Below, in pieces: positions 34,782 to 39,485 of a stretch of 39,485 nt of DNA (the first letter of the stretch is position 1; every line of letters begins with the position of its first letter). The stretch is from a virus (Duplodnaviria; Caudoviricetes), in IMG/VR virus record IMGVR_UViG_3300044274_000332, positions 1 to 39,485 of that record; one strand, written 5' to 3'. Under the pieces are notes generated by a model, which saw only the letters and a program-made list of their open reading frames with translations, made no database searches and was not told the origin of the DNA. The translations under genes and the position numbers were made by a program.

Positions 34782-35576
34782 ATGGATTACCTGACCGTAG
34801 AGCAGTCGCTGGAACTGGGCGACCCGGTAGAGCTGTATCAGTTTGCCGAGGGTGACAACGTGTACCGGTATGCCAGCTGTGCGGAACCGGTGGTGTTCGA
34901 GCAGAACACCTTCCAGTCTTCCAGCATCAAGCGAGACCGGATCAAGCAAAGTCAGGACCAGAACAAAAACACCGTGGATATTGAATTCCCGGTGACTGAC
35001 CCATTCGGTAGCCAGTTCATCGGTTTTCCCCCGAGTCAGGTGGTGAGCGTGACTATCTGGCGTGGCCACTTTGGGGTGAATGATTTTGTCGTGTACTGGA
35101 AGGGCAGGGTGGTCGGCAGCAATGCCGACGAGAACGCGGTGAAGATTCAGTGCGAGCCCATTTTCACTTCCTTACGGCGCCCAGGCCTGCGGGCCCGGTA
35201 TCAGCTGTTTTGTCGCCATGCGCTGTATGACAGCGGTTGCCGGGTGAATCGTAATGCGGTGGCCTTCCCGGGCACGGTTTCGGCGGTGAATACCCTGGAT
35301 GTGACCGTGCCGGGCCTATCTGTGAATCCGGACGGCTGGTATACCGGCGGCATGGTGCTGTATCGCGGGGTGTTTCGGTTTGTCACCTTGCATGTGGGTG
35401 ACGTGATCACCCTTTCTCAGCCGTTATCGGCATTAGAGACAGGGACAGAAATCACCGTTTTCCCTGGCTGCGACCACCGCAAGCAGACCTGCATCGACAA
35501 GTTCGACAATCTGGAAAATTTCGGTGGCTTCCCGTGGATCCCGAACAAAAACCCCTTCGAGGTGAACATTTCATGA
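34782..35576 (+). CDS. Baseplate hub protein (BR0599/DUF2163 family, Cys4 Fe-S motif)
   Basis: PVELYQF, CRHALYDSGC, PGCDH...TC..KFDN..NFGGFPWIP. Confidence 0.85.
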   Translation: MDYLTVEQSLELGDPVELYQFAEGDNVYRYASCAEPVVFEQNTFQSSSIKRDRIKQSQDQNKNTVDIEFPVTDPFGSQFIGFPPSQVVSVTIWRGHFGVNDFVVYWKGRVVGSNADENAVKIQCEPIFTSLRRPGLRARYQLFCRHALYDSGCRVNRNAVAFPGTVSAVNTLDVTVPGLSVNPDGWYTGGMVLYRGVFRFVTLHVGDVITLSQPLSALETGTEITVFPGCDHRKQTCIDKFDNLENFGGFPWIPNKNPFEVNIS

Positions 35577-35589
35577 GGGAGTCCCGGTA

Positions 35590-37968
35590 ATGGCAATTGG
35601 CACAATTATCGCGGTCGCTGCCCTTGTTTTGTCGGTGGCCAGCTTTTTCCTGGCACCCAAGCCGCCTTCTCAGCGGCGACCGTTGGCGGGGCTGGATGAG
35701 TTCGATTTCCCCACCGCAGAAGCTGGCCGGGAAATCCCGGTGCTGCAGGGTACCCGCGAGATCCGCGGGCCTAACGTTGTGTGGTATGGGCACCTGGCGT
35801 CGTGGCGGTCAGGGGGTGACGATCAGTACAGTCACTATGCCATTGGCGTTCATATGGTCATCTGCCATGGCCCTATTGATGAGATTTCCCGTATTCGGGT
35901 TGAAGAGAAAACGGCGCTGAGCGGCTCCCTGTCCGACGGGAACTACTACATCGACAAGCCTTGGCTGTTCGGTGGCCGCAAGAAAGAAGGCGGCCTGGAA
36001 GGCACGGTGGGAATCCAGATGGGGGCCGTCACCCAGACCGCTGACCCGTACCTAGTTGCCCGCCTTGGCAATACCTGTCCGGCATTCCGGGGCGTGGTGT
36101 CCGTCATCCTCAAACAGATGTACATCGGCACCACGTCCTACATGAAGCCCTGGGCGTTCCGCTGCACCCGGGTGATGACCACCAGTAACGGGCAGCAGCA
36201 GTGGTACCCGGCCAAGGCCGCTATCGGGCCTGACATGAACCCGGCCCACATGATCCGCGAAGACCTGACCGACGCTGTGTGGGGCATGGGCTACTCCGCC
36301 CAGGACATCGATGATGCCAATTTCCGGGCGGTGGCAGATACCTTGTATGACGAGGGCTTTGGTCTTTCCCTGCTGTGGTCCCGCACGGAACCGCTCGAGG
36401 ACTACATCAGCAAGACGCTGGAGCACATTGAAGCGGTGATTCGCGTGGGGCGTGTGTCTGGGCAGTTCGAAATCAAACTGCTGCGGGACGATTACGACCC
36501 CGAGGCTCTGTTGGTGCTGGATGAGACCGTGGTTACCAAGGTGACCAACTACAAGCGGCCGGCCACCGGTGAGCTGATCAACCAGGTGGTGGTGACGTAC
36601 TGGAACACCGAGCGACAGAAAGACGATACAGCCAGCGCCGATGATATTGCCCTTCAGGCCGAACAGCAGGGTGTGGTGCAGGAGTCCGTGGACTATCCGG
36701 GCATCACCAATCCGGTACTCGCCAGTCGCGTGGCGGCGCGAGATCTGCAGGCCCTTTCGACGCCGTTGTCATCCTGCACGGTCTACGCCAATCGCCGGGC
36801 GGCAGAACTGCAGGTAGGTGACCCGTTCAAGCTCTCCTGGCCGAAAATGGGCATTGAGTCTGTGATCATGCGGGTGGTCAACATCGAGCTGGGCGGGTTA
36901 ACCGACAACCAGGTCAAGATCACCTGCGCGCAGGACGTATTCGCCCTGAAAAGCGCCCTCTATACGCCGCCGGCAGGCACTGAATGGGAAGAGCCGGACA
37001 ACGCGCCCCAGGCAGTGCAGTACCGCCATATCGTGGAAGCGCCGTATTACTCGCTGGTCAAGAATCAGTGGGCCGATGCTCAGGTGGCCATCGCCGCGGC
37101 AGCGCCCACCAGTGACGCTACCTTTGCGGGCATCAGTTCGACCCACGGAGATCCCGGCTATGACGACGCTGGCGACCTGCCGTTTGCGCCGGTGGCCGTA
37201 CTGGATGCTGACATGGATGAACAGCAGACAGTTTGGCCGGTGTCCGATTTCGAGGGTTTCGGGCGCCCCGATTCGCCAGCACTGGTGGGCAGCTATGCAG
37301 TGGCCGGGACCGAGGTGCTGGTTGTCGAGGCTGCCACGGAAACCGAAGTGACCGTTGGCCGGGCAGCCATGGACACAGTGCCTGTGAAGCACCTGGCAGG
37401 CGAGCGAATTCTGTTTTCCGGTCCCTACACCCGCAACGATGCCTGGACCTATGCCGCTGGGCAGACCACCAGCATCAAGCTGCTCACGAACACCGGGCAG
37501 GGCGAGCTGGATGCCGGGCTGGCCCCGGTGGATTCCGTCACCTTCGATCAGCGTGCCGAGCGGCCTTACCCGCCGGCCAATATCACCCTCAATGGCGATT
37601 ACTGGGCGGCAGATGTGCATGGCGACATTAACGTGGCCTGGGCACACCGCAACCGGGTGACGCAGGGCGCCACGCTGGTGGACTGGTACGCCGGCAGCAT
37701 CACCCCGGAAGTGGGTACCACCTACGACATCGCCCTCAAGCAGGGAGCGTCTGTGGTCGCGTCGGTAACGGATGTCACCGGTACCAGCGCAGTCATTACA
37801 CCGCCGGCGGACGGAGAATACACGCTGGAAGTGATCAGCAAACGGGATGGCCTGACCAGCTGGCTGACCGTCTCGCACACCTTCAATTGGACACGCACAG
37901 AACCCATGGTGACGGAAGCGGGCGAGCCCATGCTGACCGAAGCCGGGGATGTGATGATTCTGGAGTAA
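35590..37968 (+). CDS. Large tail-tip / central fibre (megatron-like) protein
   Basis: PTA..GREIPV..GT...GPNVVWYG, CHGPID, PAFRG, MNPAH.I, DEGFGLS, RPYPP. Confidence 0.8.
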   Translation: MAIGTIIAVAALVLSVASFFLAPKPPSQRRPLAGLDEFDFPTAEAGREIPVLQGTREIRGPNVVWYGHLASWRSGGDDQYSHYAIGVHMVICHGPIDEISRIRVEEKTALSGSLSDGNYYIDKPWLFGGRKKEGGLEGTVGIQMGAVTQTADPYLVARLGNTCPAFRGVVSVILKQMYIGTTSYMKPWAFRCTRVMTTSNGQQQWYPAKAAIGPDMNPAHMIREDLTDAVWGMGYSAQDIDDANFRAVADTLYDEGFGLSLLWSRTEPLEDYISKTLEHIEAVIRVGRVSGQFEIKLLRDDYDPEALLVLDETVVTKVTNYKRPATGELINQVVVTYWNTERQKDDTASADDIALQAEQQGVVQESVDYPGITNPVLASRVAARDLQALSTPLSSCTVYANRRAAELQVGDPFKLSWPKMGIESVIMRVVNIELGGLTDNQVKITCAQDVFALKSALYTPPAGTEWEEPDNAPQAVQYRHIVEAPYYSLVKNQWADAQVAIAAAAPTSDATFAGISSTHGDPGYDDAGDLPFAPVAVLDADMDEQQTVWPVSDFEGFGRPDSPALVGSYAVAGTEVLVVEAATETEVTVGRAAMDTVPVKHLAGERILFSGPYTRNDAWTYAAGQTTSIKLLTNTGQGELDAGLAPVDSVTFDQRAERPYPPANITLNGDYWAADVHGDINVAWAHRNRVTQGATLVDWYAGSITPEVGTTYDIALKQGASVVASVTDVTGTSAVITPPADGEYTLEVISKRDGLTSWLTVSHTFNWTRTEPMVTEAGEPMLTEAGDVMILE

Positions 37969-37971
37969 CAC

Positions 37972-39045
37972 ATGGGCAAGAAGTGGTCGGAAGTGGTTAG
38001 CGAGAGCCCTGCTGGGCCCTTGGATGGCTCGGAATTGGTCGTTGCGGTCCAGGGCGCGCAAACGGTCGGCCTGGATTACGCAACCCTGAAATCCTGGTTG
38101 CAGTTCAAGAACAACCTGACGGCCACGGCCGATCCGGGTGTAAATGATGACAGCACGGCGGGTTATGAGGCGGGCAGTAAGTGGCTTAACACCAGCACCA
38201 ATGAGTGGTTTATCTGTTCGGTTGCAACGGCTGGGGCAGCTGTTTGGGAGCCGCTTTCGCTGTCTGCGGATGATCTGGGCTCGGCTGCGCTGGTGAATAC
38301 TGGCACCGGGGCGGGCGATGTGCCTCTGAACAGCGATTTGGGCACTGCTGCATATGAGCAGTTCAAGAGTATGCCTTTCCTCAATCAACTGCAGTATTCA
38401 GGCCGGTTCACGGACTCGGACTATGGCCTAACCATTTCCGGTGCGTTACAGAATATCGCAGCAATTTTCACTCTGTATAACGGATCGTCCATCTCTGATG
38501 CTGGTCAGTTCATTCACAATAATACGGACTACGGCGGTGGCGCGGGCAATATGACGCAAGCGGTCATCGATTTGATCGAGGATCAGGGACGCTCAGCCGT
38601 CGAAAAGCGTTATGGCCCTGAATTTCGGGTAGCAGAGTACTTGGCCGGTGGCGGTACCTCAGCCCCAATATCAGGCCCTCTCGGCACCAAGTACCCTCTG
38701 GCGGTAGCGAGCTTTGCTGTACTCGGGTTTGGGGCCGACAATTTCACTACTGTGTGTTTCTGGGTGGCGGCCATTGATAACCCTATCTACCTACATATCG
38801 CAGGCTCCAAGCGCCATTGGGTGAACGGCGTAGAGCCCGCGGATTCGACGTATGTGCTCAACCCCGCTGACGGTTGGGTTTTCTATCGGACTACTGATCA
38901 AAATACTTTGGGGTACACCACGGCCCTGCCAAGGATCTGCGCTAATAACGGTGATCGGGTGCGAGTGGCGCTACCATCCAAGTTTCCGGGCTTTTTCGAT
39001 CCCGGTATCTACCTATCCCCATACATCAACTCGGTGATTCTGTGA
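37972..39045 (+). CDS. Tail fibre / receptor-binding protein
   Basis: TADPGVNDDS..GYEAGSKW, LGSAA/LGTAA fibre repeats, divergent C-terminal domain. Confidence 0.7.
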   Translation: MGKKWSEVVSESPAGPLDGSELVVAVQGAQTVGLDYATLKSWLQFKNNLTATADPGVNDDSTAGYEAGSKWLNTSTNEWFICSVATAGAAVWEPLSLSADDLGSAALVNTGTGAGDVPLNSDLGTAAYEQFKSMPFLNQLQYSGRFTDSDYGLTISGALQNIAAIFTLYNGSSISDAGQFIHNNTDYGGGAGNMTQAVIDLIEDQGRSAVEKRYGPEFRVAEYLAGGGTSAPISGPLGTKYPLAVASFAVLGFGADNFTTVCFWVAAIDNPIYLHIAGSKRHWVNGVEPADSTYVLNPADGWVFYRTTDQNTLGYTTALPRICANNGDRVRVALPSKFPGFFDPGIYLSPYINSVIL

Positions 39046-39485
39046 TGCGTATATTGAGAGATGGTGTTTACTTTTCAGAGGGCGAGGACCTCGAGTTTAT
39101 TGCTGCGGCGGCTGAGGAGCCTGTGTCCCTCTACAGCTTCCACCCAGACGACTATCGGGCACATAAGCTGGCAGAGATCAAAGCCGCATGTGAGGAGGAA
39201 CTGTCCAGCTTGCAGACTTCATACCCGGCTTCGGAGGTACTGAGCTGGGACAAGCAGGAGCGCGAGGCCAGAACCTTTGTGGCAGATCCGGCGGCGGCGG
39301 TCCCTCTGATTTCCAATCTGGCGGCAGTACGGGGTATCAGCGTTTCAGACCTGGCGAGCCGGATCATCCAGAAAGCTGACGCCTATACGGCGGCCATTGG
39401 TGCAGCCCTGGGCAAACGGCAGAAGCTGGAAGACCAGCTCAATGCTCTCACCGACTGGGAGAGCATGGCCGAGATCAAGTGGTAA
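39045..39485 (+). CDS. Tail fibre assembly protein (DUF4376-like)
   Basis: KLAEI, YPASE..SW.KQ..EAR, LAAVRGI...LA..I..KA, GKRQKLED. Confidence 0.7.
   Translation: MRILRDGVYFSEGEDLEFIAAAAEEPVSLYSFHPDDYRAHKLAEIKAACEEELSSLQTSYPASEVLSWDKQEREARTFVADPAAAVPLISNLAAVRGISVSDLASRIIQKADAYTAAIGAALGKRQKLEDQLNALTDWESMAEIKW

Larger units (their letters stand above)
1..39485. mobile_element. Temperate siphovirus-like prophage (lambdoid organisation, HK97-type head)
   Basis: Contiguous int-xis, early, immunity, replication, lysis, head and tail modules in canonical order; ends/att sites not in window. Confidence 0.95.

Noticed and set aside
36898-38388. 496-aa minus-strand ORF (also 30994-32139, 21050-21874)
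   Set aside because: Antisense shadows of structural genes
37972-39485. Diversity-generating retroelement or invertible fibre cassette
   Set aside because: No reverse transcriptase, invertase or TR/VR duplication seen in the window; sequence beyond 39485 is unknown

Overview
The window is an apparently near-complete temperate siphovirus-like prophage of a Gram-negative (probably gammaproteobacterial) host, cut from the integrase to the tail-fibre assembly gene; no att sites are visible. Gene order: tyrosine integrase and xis; leftward early operon (C5 and N6-adenine DNA methyltransferases, DUF5131 radical-SAM-like protein, YfdP/YfdQ-like pair, MazG-like pyrophosphatase, KilA-C, cupin-like protein, dNMP kinase); immunity region (two triplets of 15-bp operators, cI/cro/cII-like, and a LITAF-like + HIRAN two-gene insert); primase + helicase followed by a mirror-symmetric iteron origin; Q-like regulator; holin/SAR endolysin/Rz-Rz1; HNH, terminases, HK97-type portal, S49 protease, HK97-fold capsid; tail with G/GT frameshift, tape measure and a D3112/YuA-like tail tip. 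The most striking element lies inside the head genes (23767-25934): a small putative head protein whose reading frame either continues into a Ser/Thr/Pro-rich tail or, via a predicted -1 frameshift at C-CCT-TTT, into an unannotated start-less Maf/DUF115-like glycosyltransferase domain, followed by a GT9-like glycosyltransferase and a SAM methyltransferase. This looks like a candidate virion-glycosylation system. All family calls are from motif recognition by eye, not database searches.
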